Assembly (NCBI GenBank): GCA_964503335.1
Contig: CAZCZZ010000010.1
Coordinates: 2,036-66,035 of the forward strand
Source of the DNA: an uncultured Verrucomicrobiota bacterium
Lineage (GTDB): Bacteria; Verrucomicrobiota; Kiritimatiellia; CAIVKH01
DNA: 64,000 nt
Direction of reading: 5' to 3'
Part shown: one piece after another, positions 35,894 through 45,820 of the stretch
Position numbering within the stretch: position 1 is the stretch's first letter
How the letters are laid out: the number at the start of each line of letters is the position of its first letter
Program-made: the position numbers and the translations under genes
The notes under the pieces: model-generated
What the model was told of the DNA's origin: nothing
The model's database searches: none
The model's input: only the letters and a program-made list of their open reading frames with translations

Positions 35894-38800
35894 TGATGCG
35901 GGAACTCCATGCAGGGTACATCAGTAGTGCGCTGGCGCCCGAAATCCTCGGGGCGCAAGGGATCATCAACTGGTCTGATGTCTATGCCTGGCGATGCCGA
36001 TTTGTCGTGGACGAAGACGTTCCTCTGTCTGGAGATCAAGGGCCAGAACTTGCAGTTCTCGAGAACATCATCAGTCGAGGCCTCCCGACAATCCCATCTC
36101 TGAAGGTGGAGCGTTGGCTCTCCGAAATGACGGGTTTGACGAGAGTCGAGGAGACCGGCGACAGAGACAGGGGTACCGCTGCATTCACCTCGGAACTTGT
36201 GTGTGACTTGGATGACGATGCGCGGCGGCGTCTTGAGCAGATCCTGTGCATGTCCGCTCCAGAGGCGATCTGTGCGGCCGGCCCTGGGTTCCTGCTCCCT
36301 CCCTTTGGCAGCGCTTCGGAATCTGCCTTCTGGTCAGGTCCCCTTGCGGGTTTGCTCGGTCCGCAAGTTCTCCAGTGTGTACAACGACAGCGACGAGTAG
36401 ATTCGATCGGAGAGCGGAAACACTTCGAGGAACAGCAGGTCGATTTCGCACTTGAGTTGCCCGGCAGCGACGGCATGACGTGGAAGAAGGGAATTGTCTT
36501 CGAGTACGACGGTCCTCAGCACCGCACGGATGCCAGTCAGATCCATCAGGATCGCCGTCGCGACCATACGATCGAGAGGACGGGTTGGTGTCCCACGTTG
36601 CGGTATGGCGATGGAGCTGTGACCGAGCCGATTGACCCGAAGCATGAGGGCGTGTCGCATCTCTTGGCACACCCGATTGTGGAGCGCGTTCGTGATGCGG
36701 CTTCTTCATGGCCCACATGCGAATCACTTTCGGACCCATGGGTCAGGCTCGTCATTGCGCCGCTGGCGATTGCTCGTATTCAGCGTGTCGTTGTCCGGCT
36801 GATTCGAAATGGAGTCCTCCGCCCTGAAGCGCCCGAGTGGCGGATCCTCGTGATCGAGCGGGATGTGGCCTGCGGGTCGATTGCCTTGGATGACCTGCGT
36901 GACTGGTTGAACCATCTTTGGAAGCTGTACTCGCCGGGCCGTGCGATGCCCCCGCTCGACCTGAAGATCCTTACCCACACCGATGTGCACAAGGAGGAGA
37001 TGCCCGAGTATGATCGTCCGTTCGATGCTGTCATCGATGTGGCTGTCTTGATGCGCTATGGCGTGGCTGACCCGTGCGAGAATCCACGCATCCATGAGAT
37101 CCGCGCAGCAAGCGTCGTCAGGATTCGATCGGGTTACTCGGAGGTGCATCCTCGCCGATTGGTGCAAGGTTCGGCGGTGACGCCTGCGATCTCGGGCGAC
37201 GCAGAGCAGGAGGTCCTGGAGTTTTTCCTGCGACAGCTCTTCCGGAAATGGTCCTTCCGTGACGGGCAACTCCCGATCATACGACGCCTGTTACGGGGGG
37301 AGTCCGTCGTCGCACTTCTGCCCACTGGCTCGGGGAAGTCACTCACCTACCAGTTGCCGGCGTTGCTGCAGAATGGTGTCGTTCTTGCTGTAGACCCCAT
37401 CAAATCGTTGATGAAGGACCAGCATGATGGACTTGCACGGAATGGTATCGATTCATCGACGTTCATCTACTCGAATCGGGATCCACGCTCGCCTGAAACC
37501 GTGCAAGATAGGAAGGCGAGATTGGAAGCATTCAAAAGCATGCGATGCAAGTTCGCCTTCGTCTCTCCCGAGCGTTTGATGATCGAGGAGTTTCGCCATG
37601 TGCTCGCCGACATGAAGGGGGCATTTTGCTTTGCGGTTGTTGACGAGGCACACTGTGTTTCGGAGTGGGGTCACGATTTCCGCACCTCCTATCTCATGCT
37701 TGGCCGAAACCTGCGGAATCACTGCAGAGGTATCCGCCCCGGTACCATCGGAATTGCCGCACTTACGGGCACTGCATCGTTTGAGGTGCTCGAGGATGTC
37801 CAGCGGGAACTCGGTCTGAGGGCGGGAGTGAATCTTGATCACACGGTAAGGCCAAGCACGGTCGAAGGCATGACCCGGAGCGAGCTAGAATTTAAGGTGA
37901 TCCAAGTTGGGTCGGGAACTGACAAGGGACAGAACCAGTTTCAACTTCAGGAAGCCGACGGATTGGCAAAGCAGGCAGCTCTGGTCCGATCCATGTCTGA
38001 GATCGCTGTACTCAACGGCAAGACGGATTGGCCCCAGCTTGTTGACCCGACAGGGGGAGTAGGTAGCGGATTAATCTTCTGCCCTCACCGCAGTTGGGTC
38101 TATGGCGTGCGGACGATCAGGGATTTGCTGGCAATGGCGAAGGATTCCGATGGAAACAGTGCTGAGGCGTATCCTCATGTTGGATTCTTCATGGGTGCGG
38201 ATGACGATGCGGGATCTGATTTCGGGACGACCGAAGCCGAAGATGCTCAGAAGAAGTTTATGAGAGGAGATGTGACTCTCCTGGCCTGCACAAAGGCGTT
38301 CGGCATGGGCATCGACAAGAGCAATGTCAGGTTCACCATTCACCTGAATATCCCGCAGTCCCCTGAATCCTTCTACCAAGAGGCGGGACGCGCCGGGCGA
38401 GATCGCCAGCCGGCCCAGTGCTGGATTCTCTACTCTGGCACACAGGCGTCGCTTGGAGCAAAGGGAGAGCCCATCTCTGTGGATCGACATATCGTCGAAT
38501 CCTTCCACGACAACTCTTTCCGAGGAGAAGATCACGATATGCGCATGATCTTCGACCTGCTTGATCGAATACGGTTCCCGTCTCAAAGGAACCTGGAAAT
38601 CCTCGCTGAGTTCCTGTCCTCACAATATGGATCACCGTTACGATTGATGACAGGGAAGGATGAGAACGGCGCGACGCCTATTGAGTTCGTGGACAGGGAG
38701 ACTGGAGTCTCATTGGGGCGATTGCTCTACCGCGACGACGCGCCGATTCCAGATGCCGAGGAGGAAGATCTCCGCAAGCTCCTCTCATCTGCAACCAAGT

Positions 38801-39972
38801 GGATTGCGGCGAAGAAGCCGGGTGACGTGCGAATTCGTAAGTGGCTATGGACACTCACGGGCAGGTATGAGGACCATCCTGGAATTGAAACGCATCTCCA
38901 AAAGTTGAGAGATGGTTCGCTCCCTACGGAGTGGATCACAATTCCCTTTACCAATGGGTATTTCCGCGAACTTCAGGGCAAGTTTGAGGATGGGGGACAT
39001 TTTGGGTGGTGGGAATCCTATATTGAGGAAGCCTTTGAATTTTCATACAGCCCAGCGGGTTTTGAAAAGAGACTGCTTGAGGTGAAGAAGAAGAAGACCG
39101 GAAGACCCGCAGGCATGATTAAACGGGCCAGTGACTTCATTCATGAGCACTACACGAAGATGCGGCGCCAACTGGACACCTTTCGCTCTATTCAAAGACT
39201 GGTAATCCTTGGGGTCATCAGCGATGTAACGGTCGATTACAACACCGACACAGTGCGGGTTCTGCTCCATAACCGTAGTGACAAGGAGATTCGGGACCAT
39301 CTATCGGACTACTTCGACCAGTATGCTGCCAAGGGAAGTCCTGAGCACGCACGACTGATGCGTTCTGCCGATGCGACCAGGGAAGCCAGCCCTCTCCGTC
39401 GATACTCAAAGGCGTTGGTGAAGTTTGTTTACGAGAAGATCGAGGCCAAGCGACGCGCGAACATTGCACGCATGGAGGAATACGCGCGAGACGGCATCGA
39501 CAGGCCGCAAGTCTTCCGAGAACGCGTCAATGCCTTCTTTGAGGCGCGATTCGCGGCGGAACTTCGCGTTTTTAAGGATAGGTATTCGGCAGACGACGTT
39601 TTCAGTTTCATCGAGGCGCATGTGGGCGCAGATCTTCAAGACATAAAACAACTTCTGGGCAGCTGTGAGCGTGTATTGATTGAAAAGCCAGATAATGGAA
39701 TGTTCCATGCGTTGCGAGCCTATGCCCTCTCCTGCATCGGCGAATACGGTGTTGAGGGCGTGAGGGATGCCTTGCTGTCTGCGATAAACAGCCTGTTCCC
39801 TGATCGACGCGCAGACCGATACCGAAGACATGAGTTCGTGCTGCGCTTGAGCAAGAAGATCATCGGTGTCCATCCGGAGGCGTCTGAGGCGTGCGTTGAG
39901 TGGATCGTGCAGAGTCACCGGGGTTGGCTCCGCGGCTACAATCGTCGACTTGAGAGGGAGGAAGTTGCATGA
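35893..39972 (+). CDS. RecQ-family helicase with N-terminal Vsr/DUF559-like PD-(D/E)XK domain and ~600-aa C-terminal extension
   Basis: VDFALEL...GIVFEYDGPQH (nuclease-like), then LLPTGSGKSLTYQLPALL, VVDEAHCVSEWGHDFR, LTGTAS and FGMGIDKSNVRFTIH...YQEAGRAGRD. Confidence 0.8.
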   Translation: MMRELHAGYISSALAPEILGAQGIINWSDVYAWRCRFVVDEDVPLSGDQGPELAVLENIISRGLPTIPSLKVERWLSEMTGLTRVEETGDRDRGTAAFTSELVCDLDDDARRRLEQILCMSAPEAICAAGPGFLLPPFGSASESAFWSGPLAGLLGPQVLQCVQRQRRVDSIGERKHFEEQQVDFALELPGSDGMTWKKGIVFEYDGPQHRTDASQIHQDRRRDHTIERTGWCPTLRYGDGAVTEPIDPKHEGVSHLLAHPIVERVRDAASSWPTCESLSDPWVRLVIAPLAIARIQRVVVRLIRNGVLRPEAPEWRILVIERDVACGSIALDDLRDWLNHLWKLYSPGRAMPPLDLKILTHTDVHKEEMPEYDRPFDAVIDVAVLMRYGVADPCENPRIHEIRAASVVRIRSGYSEVHPRRLVQGSAVTPAISGDAEQEVLEFFLRQLFRKWSFRDGQLPIIRRLLRGESVVALLPTGSGKSLTYQLPALLQNGVVLAVDPIKSLMKDQHDGLARNGIDSSTFIYSNRDPRSPETVQDRKARLEAFKSMRCKFAFVSPERLMIEEFRHVLADMKGAFCFAVVDEAHCVSEWGHDFRTSYLMLGRNLRNHCRGIRPGTIGIAALTGTASFEVLEDVQRELGLRAGVNLDHTVRPSTVEGMTRSELEFKVIQVGSGTDKGQNQFQLQEADGLAKQAALVRSMSEIAVLNGKTDWPQLVDPTGGVGSGLIFCPHRSWVYGVRTIRDLLAMAKDSDGNSAEAYPHVGFFMGADDDAGSDFGTTEAEDAQKKFMRGDVTLLACTKAFGMGIDKSNVRFTIHLNIPQSPESFYQEAGRAGRDRQPAQCWILYSGTQASLGAKGEPISVDRHIVESFHDNSFRGEDHDMRMIFDLLDRIRFPSQRNLEILAEFLSSQYGSPLRLMTGKDENGATPIEFVDRETGVSLGRLLYRDDAPIPDAEEEDLRKLLSSATKWIAAKKPGDVRIRKWLWTLTGRYEDHPGIETHLQKLRDGSLPTEWITIPFTNGYFRELQGKFEDGGHFGWWESYIEEAFEFSYSPAGFEKRLLEVKKKKTGRPAGMIKRASDFIHEHYTKMRRQLDTFRSIQRLVILGVISDVTVDYNTDTVRVLLHNRSDKEIRDHLSDYFDQYAAKGSPEHARLMRSADATREASPLRRYSKALVKFVYEKIEAKRRANIARMEEYARDGIDRPQVFRERVNAFFEARFAAELRVFKDRYSADDVFSFIEAHVGADLQDIKQLLGSCERVLIEKPDNGMFHALRAYALSCIGEYGVEGVRDALLSAINSLFPDRRADRYRRHEFVLRLSKKIIGVHPEASEACVEWIVQSHRGWLRGYNRRLEREEVA

Positions 39973-40688
39973 GCGATATGACTTCGTTGGAGCAAGCGTT
40001 GCTGGCACTTCAGCAAGAGCTCGAGTCGTTCAGGGATCTACGCCCTAAGTTGGACGAGGTGAAGTCAAAGGCCGATGCAATCGTTGCCGAGTTCAAGGAT
40101 CAGATGATCAGCGTGGAGGCGCACTCGCGTGATACAGTTCGCGAGGCGAAAGAGTCCTATGGAGACTTGTCCGCCCGGAATCGGGAGCAGTTCGAAGAAC
40201 TGAAGACCGCATGGGACACTGAACTGCAGCTCGCGCAAACGCAGCTCAAGTCATTTGATCAACTCTTGTCCGAAGCTTCGTCCGCCTTTTCCGAAATGGC
40301 CTCAATGGCTACCCTGGTTCGCGACGTAGGAAGCATGTTGAATGGCCTGAACCTGCCATCACGCATGGACAAGTTGGATGCATCCGTCGCTGGGGCGTCA
40401 GCTGCTGTGCAGAGTGTTCAGTCCAGATTTGACCGTTTGAGCGATGATGTCGCCGTCAGTATGCGAAACACAACTCTGGAGACGGCGCGAATGGTCGAGG
40501 GGGCCACGGCAAAGGTACTCGCGGCGCAGGACGGGGCGTCCAAGGCGATTGCGGCGGATTGTCGATCACTGCGTTCATCGTCACGACGGGCCTACGTGTG
40601 GATATTCTCTTTAATCGGGCTCAGTATCGGGTTAAGTCTCGCCAATCTGTTTGTCATTCTGATCCAGGGCGGAGTCCTCTCTCGATGA
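39969..40688 (+). CDS. coiled-coil protein with a single C-terminal transmembrane anchor
   Basis: ATGA overlap with the upstream gene. Heptad-like Leu/Glu/Gln-rich sequence. C-terminal YVWIFSLIGLSIGLSLANLFVILI. Confidence 0.6.
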   Translation: MSDMTSLEQALLALQQELESFRDLRPKLDEVKSKADAIVAEFKDQMISVEAHSRDTVREAKESYGDLSARNREQFEELKTAWDTELQLAQTQLKSFDQLLSEASSAFSEMASMATLVRDVGSMLNGLNLPSRMDKLDASVAGASAAVQSVQSRFDRLSDDVAVSMRNTTLETARMVEGATAKVLAAQDGASKAIAADCRSLRSSSRRAYVWIFSLIGLSIGLSLANLFVILIQGGVLSR

Positions 40689-40731
40689 TTAAAGTATCTG
40701 TTATCGACCGTAAGGGGATTGGGGAACGTCC

Positions 40732-43700
40732 ATGACCACGCGAGCACCCAAGGCTATTCAAGAACCTCCGTCCGACTGGACGCCGACCCAATCGGTTCCC
40801 GACCCGATCATCAACAATCCGTACAAAGAACCAGAGCACTACTGGCTCTACAAGGGAGGCGTTCCTGGCAAGACCCCAGGGCGGCGGCCGGCACGGTATT
40901 TCTATCAGAGTAAACGCGTCGGATCTGCATCGGCGGAGATGGAGTTGTTCAAGGAAGAGAACGAGGAGGATCTCCCGCTCGTCAATGCACTGCGCGCGGA
41001 CGTGAAGCGCTGGCGTGAGTCCGGCTACCGCGGTGCGTCGTCGGTGACTCGGGAACTGCTGGCGTGGTGGAGTCGACCTGATCGACCGAGACGCTTGTTC
41101 TACTGCCAGATGGAGGCCGTGGAGACGCAGATCTATCTGCTCGAGTTGGCCATCCCGGAGCGTCTATCGGCCACAGGGTACAAGACTTTTGAACTCGACG
41201 CTGATAATATCCAGCGGCTGCTAAAGGGTGAAAAGCCAACGTTTGAAAGCATCGCCGGCGATTTCTGGCCCAAGTTGGTCGATGCACCGTGGGATGGCAG
41301 CCAGCTTCCGCTGCGCCGCCTTGCCTGCAAGATGGCGACAGGGAGTGGGAAGACGATTGTCATGGCGATGCTGATCGCCTGGGCTTTCTGCAACCGGGCG
41401 AGAAATCCGCAATCCACACAATTTCCGAATGGCGTGTTGGTCTGTGCGCCAAACCTCACGGTGAGAAAGCGACTTCAGGTGCTCTGTCCCGAGGACAAGG
41501 ACAACTACTACGATGCATTTGACCTGGTTCCGCCGAAGTACCGGGAATGCCTCAACGGGGGCAAAGTATTGGTGACCAACTGGCACGTCTTTGCGCCCAA
41601 GAGCGAGCACGTGGAGGGCGGTAAGAGCTATGCGGTCGTCAATAAGGGGGCGGAAACCAATGATGCCTTTGTGCGAAACCGGCTTGGAGAGTTGGTGCAG
41701 CGACTTCCTATCTTGGTGATGAACGATGAGGGACATCACTGCTGGCGCAGTAAGCAACTGAGTACGGAAGAGGAGCGCGCGGTTATGCAAGGCATGACTG
41801 CTGAACAGAAGGCCGCACTAAAGGAAGAAGAGGATGAAGCGAGGGTTTGGCTAGCGGGGTTGGATCGAATCAATAACTGTGGGTTGGCGGGCAAGGATGG
41901 GGAGGGGAAGCTCAACAGAGCCATTCTCGCGTGTGTTGATCTATCGGCGACACCGTTCTTCCTTGGCGCCAGCGGACATCCGGAGGGCAGTCCCTTCCCG
42001 TGGATTGTCAGCGAGTTCGGCCTGATCGATGCCATTGAGAGCGGCATCACGAAAGTCCCTCGATTGCCTGTCGAGGATAGCGAAGGCAATACGGACGATG
42101 CCGGACGACCCGATCCGAAGTACTTCAGGCTCTGGAGGAATATTGTTGAGAACGACCTCAAGCCCGGCGACTTCATCCGGCGCGGCCAGCCTAATCCGGA
42201 ATCGATCTACAAGTATGCCCAAGGCGCGCTGGCTACGCTTGCAGCGCAGTGGAAGATTCAGTTTGAAGGCTATCGTCAGGCATCGGCAGGCAAACCCTTC
42301 ATCCCGCCCGTGATGATCGTCGTGTGTGACAACACAAACATCGCGAACATCTTCTTCCGGGAAATAAGTGGCGAATCCGACGTGGAAATGATCAATGAGT
42401 CTGGTGAGACGGTCACGGCGAAGAAGTACTCGGAAAGTTCAATCATGCCCGAGCTGGCCAACACGCCGAATGTGCAGCACACCATCCGCATAGACTCGAA
42501 GCTGCTTGCCAAGATTGAGACGGAAGAAGGCGAGAGCAAGGACGAGGCTGCTCTGCGACTTCGTGAAATCATCGACACGGTGGGCAAGAGGGGCGGAGCC
42601 GGCGAACACGTTCGCTGTGTAGTGTCCGTTTCGATGCTGACGGAAGGTTGGGACGCAAACAACGTGACCCATGTGCTGGGTGTACGTGCCTTCGGTAGTC
42701 AGCTCCTCTGTGAACAGGTTGTGGGCCGAGGCCTGCGCCGTATGAGCTACACCCCTGATCCAGAGACTGGACTGCTGCATCCGGAGTACGTGGACGTATA
42801 CGGGATTCCCTTTTCGCTCATCCCGTTCAAGGGGAAACCGAAAGAGAAGGACGGGCCGGATCCCGTCTACCACGCGATCTTTGCAATGGAGGAGCGGAAG
42901 GCATTCGAGCTGCGCATGCCGAATGTTGAGAGTTACGTGTACGCGCTGCGCGAAGGTGGGATCTGGTGCGATGTGAGCAAGTTGGAGGGTTTCATCGTCA
43001 ACGAGGAGCCAGTAACGGTCTACTTGGCGCCGACGCGGGGCTATCAAGATGAGGCCGAGGTGCGCAAGGACTCCGGAGACTTTATTCCCCAGACTCGCCA
43101 GGAATACTACAAGGCAGTGCGGCCGCAGCAGGTGATCTTTCGCCTGGCTGAGTTTATCCTCGCTGATCTCCTTCATGGAGTTGAGGCTGCGGAATCTGAA
43201 CGGGTAAAATTCAAGTTCCTTGCCCGGCACCAGCTTTTCCCTGAAATTGTGAAGATCGTTCGGGATTACGTGGAGCAGAAGGTGACGTTTGCACCGGGAG
43301 TAGATATCCGGGAACTCGGTTTGAAGGTCTATGCCGACAAACTGAGGGAACGCATTCGCGACGAAATCCTCCCGCGCGCTGCTAGCTCCGACACCAAACT
43401 TCTGCCGGTCCTCAACAGTTTCCAGCCCTTCACGAGTACCGCCAATGTGAATTACCAGACGACTCGACCTGTTGTTGATCTGGTGAAGAGCCACCTCAAC
43501 CGGGCTGTCACGCGCAGTAGTTGGGAGAGTCGAGCGATCGGAGTTCTGGAACTATTGGACTGCGTCGAGTGCTACACCCCGAATGACCGACAAATCGGGC
43601 TGATTGTTCCCTACGACTACGATGGGCACAGACACAACTACGAGCCGGATTTCATAATCCGGCTGCACAACAAGAAGACACTGATGCTGGAGATCAAGGG

Positions 43701-44385
43701 TGAGGGCGGAGTCATCCACGATCCCAACCTTGTCACCGCGAAAAGCGCTGCAGCGAAGAAATGGGTGGCCGCGGTCAACAACCTTGGTCGGTGGGGCACT
43801 TGGGCGTTCGACATATGCACGGATCTCTCGAAGCTGCGAGAAATCGTAGAATCCCATGCGGACGTGGAGGCGTCGGCGCGTCCGTTCCGATTCGTGGACG
43901 TGTCGACCGCCAAGCCCTGGCGTGATTGTATTCCGCTCACGACGCTGCAGGCGGCTGCGGGCAAATTCAGCGAGGAACAAGCCGGCTTTGATGAAATGGG
44001 TGAATGGGCCGAGAGCTGGATTGCTTGGGATGGCGCGCCCGCCTTTGAGAAAGGGATGTTCGTGGCGAAGGTGCTTGGCACGTCCATGGAGCCTGGCATA
44101 CCCGATGGCGCTTACTGCGTTTTCCGTCAGCCGCGGCCAGGTTCTCGGCAGGGGCGAACGGTCCTGGTTTGGCATTCAGGGGTTTCCGATCCTCACACAG
44201 GCGGCCAGTACACGGTAAAGGTGTACGAGAGTGAGAAGCGGTCGGGCGAAAAAGGCGAGTGGTCTCACACGCAGATAACGCTCAGGCCGACCAACCCGAC
44301 TCATCAACCCATCATCCTCGAACCAACGGACGAGGGTGAGGTCCGCGTAGTAGCAGAGTTTGTGCAGGTTCTTGGGTCGCGTTGA
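40732..44385 (+). CDS. type III restriction Res-like helicase-nuclease fused to a C-terminal S24 (LexA/UmuD-like) peptidase domain
   Basis: MATGSGKT, MNDEGHHC, TEGWDANNVTHVLG...QVVGRGLRR, and PD-(D/E)XK YEPDFII...LEIKG. Terminal GTSMEPGIPDGAYCVF...YTVKVYE gives an S24 Ser/Lys pattern. Confidence 0.8.
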   Translation: MTTRAPKAIQEPPSDWTPTQSVPDPIINNPYKEPEHYWLYKGGVPGKTPGRRPARYFYQSKRVGSASAEMELFKEENEEDLPLVNALRADVKRWRESGYRGASSVTRELLAWWSRPDRPRRLFYCQMEAVETQIYLLELAIPERLSATGYKTFELDADNIQRLLKGEKPTFESIAGDFWPKLVDAPWDGSQLPLRRLACKMATGSGKTIVMAMLIAWAFCNRARNPQSTQFPNGVLVCAPNLTVRKRLQVLCPEDKDNYYDAFDLVPPKYRECLNGGKVLVTNWHVFAPKSEHVEGGKSYAVVNKGAETNDAFVRNRLGELVQRLPILVMNDEGHHCWRSKQLSTEEERAVMQGMTAEQKAALKEEEDEARVWLAGLDRINNCGLAGKDGEGKLNRAILACVDLSATPFFLGASGHPEGSPFPWIVSEFGLIDAIESGITKVPRLPVEDSEGNTDDAGRPDPKYFRLWRNIVENDLKPGDFIRRGQPNPESIYKYAQGALATLAAQWKIQFEGYRQASAGKPFIPPVMIVVCDNTNIANIFFREISGESDVEMINESGETVTAKKYSESSIMPELANTPNVQHTIRIDSKLLAKIETEEGESKDEAALRLREIIDTVGKRGGAGEHVRCVVSVSMLTEGWDANNVTHVLGVRAFGSQLLCEQVVGRGLRRMSYTPDPETGLLHPEYVDVYGIPFSLIPFKGKPKEKDGPDPVYHAIFAMEERKAFELRMPNVESYVYALREGGIWCDVSKLEGFIVNEEPVTVYLAPTRGYQDEAEVRKDSGDFIPQTRQEYYKAVRPQQVIFRLAEFILADLLHGVEAAESERVKFKFLARHQLFPEIVKIVRDYVEQKVTFAPGVDIRELGLKVYADKLRERIRDEILPRAASSDTKLLPVLNSFQPFTSTANVNYQTTRPVVDLVKSHLNRAVTRSSWESRAIGVLELLDCVECYTPNDRQIGLIVPYDYDGHRHNYEPDFIIRLHNKKTLMLEIKGEGGVIHDPNLVTAKSAAAKKWVAAVNNLGRWGTWAFDICTDLSKLREIVESHADVEASARPFRFVDVSTAKPWRDCIPLTTLQAAAGKFSEEQAGFDEMGEWAESWIAWDGAPAFEKGMFVAKVLGTSMEPGIPDGAYCVFRQPRPGSRQGRTVLVWHSGVSDPHTGGQYTVKVYESEKRSGEKGEWSHTQITLRPTNPTHQPIILEPTDEGEVRVVAEFVQVLGSR

Positions 44386-44401
44386 GCAGCTGGGTGGACA
44401 T

Positions 44402-45799
44402 ATGCCCGATTACAGTTGGCAAGAAGAAGCGTTGGTTCGCTGGTCTGCCAACGGGCGATGTGGGATCGTAGAAGCCATAACTGGCACAGGTAAGACATAC
44501 CTCGGCATCAAGGCGATCGATGAAGTCATGCGTCGTGATGGCGAACAAGGCCTACATGTCTACCCCGTTGTCGTCGTACCCACAGCCGTTCTGCTGCACC
44601 AATGGGTCGAACGACTCCGAGACCATTTCGAAGCTAGGGGCATGCGGATCGGGCTGGTCGGCGATGGGCGAGCCGATGGGTTTCACAATCACCACATCCT
44701 CGTGACCATCGTGAACTCCCTTGAAACGCACGGACGTGAGCTTCTCCATTTCTTAGACCGTATGACCCTGGCGCGATCCCTCCTTGTGGCCGACGAATGT
44801 CATCACTACATCGAGGCGCCGTTTCTTGGAAAGACTGCACGAGAGTTTCCATTCAGCTACCGTCTGGGTCTGACAGCGAGGATGCCGACGGGCGACTGCA
44901 TTGACTATGACAGGATTCCGGGGTTTGACAGGGTCGTCTATGACATGGGTATGAAGGAGGCGAGAGAGCGCGACCTCATCCCACCTTTCCATGTTCTGAA
45001 CGTTCCTGTTCCGCTGACAGCTTCTGAGGGGGCGAGCTATGACGATCTGTCGGCCCGGCTTAAGCAACTGCGGCAGCGGTTGGAAGAGGAGCTGCCTGCT
45101 GCTTGCTTCTCCAGACGAGGACATCTGGATCTGGACCTTCTGAAGAATCATCTGCGGAAACTCACCGAGGACGATCCGCTCCGGCACCGCATTGAGCAAT
45201 TCTTCGCAATGTGTTTCCGGCGAGCCGCGATCTACCACTTGTCTGATGGAAAGGTGTCGGCATTGAGGCGGGCAATTCAGATCATTGCGCCATATGGAGG
45301 TCGAATCCTTGTCTTCTTTGAACGCATTTGTTCAGCCGATTCGGCATTGGAGCTACTGGAGGAAGACATTCAGAGAATACCGGAAGCTTTGGGTTTGCGC
45401 GCATCGACTTTCCCTTGGTGTAGGGTGTTACACAGTGGTTTGACGAAGGCACAGCGACTCGACGTATTGCGCGAATATGACGAGCCGGGTAACAAGATCC
45501 TCATTGCCTGCCGAAGCCTTGATGAGGGGTTCGACATTCCTTCAGCAGACATCGCAATTCTGGCGGCTTCAACGCAGTCACCGCGGCAGCGAATCCAGCG
45601 GATAGGACGCGTACTCAGAAGGTACAGCAGCGAGAAGAGGTCAATCATCCTGACCTTCTATGCGCCCGGAACTGGAGATGAGCGGGTGCCATCCAATGAT
45701 CGTGAGATGTTTCCAGGACCGACCGATGTGTTTGACTGCACGCTGGGCGACTGGGAGGCAACGTTGAAGGCGTTGCTCGAGTACTACCGCAGTAAATGA
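44402..45799 (+). CDS. SF2 DEAD/DEAH-box (ResIII/XPB-like) helicase
   Basis: AITGTGKTY, LLVADECHHY, GLTAR, and C-terminal LDEGFDIPSADIAIL...SPRQRIQRIGRVLR. Confidence 0.75.
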   Translation: MPDYSWQEEALVRWSANGRCGIVEAITGTGKTYLGIKAIDEVMRRDGEQGLHVYPVVVVPTAVLLHQWVERLRDHFEARGMRIGLVGDGRADGFHNHHILVTIVNSLETHGRELLHFLDRMTLARSLLVADECHHYIEAPFLGKTAREFPFSYRLGLTARMPTGDCIDYDRIPGFDRVVYDMGMKEARERDLIPPFHVLNVPVPLTASEGASYDDLSARLKQLRQRLEEELPAACFSRRGHLDLDLLKNHLRKLTEDDPLRHRIEQFFAMCFRRAAIYHLSDGKVSALRRAIQIIAPYGGRILVFFERICSADSALELLEEDIQRIPEALGLRASTFPWCRVLHSGLTKAQRLDVLREYDEPGNKILIACRSLDEGFDIPSADIAILAASTQSPRQRIQRIGRVLRRYSSEKRSIILTFYAPGTGDERVPSNDREMFPGPTDVFDCTLGDWEATLKALLEYYRSK

Positions 45800-45820
45800 T
45801 TCATCGGGAGCACATGCATC

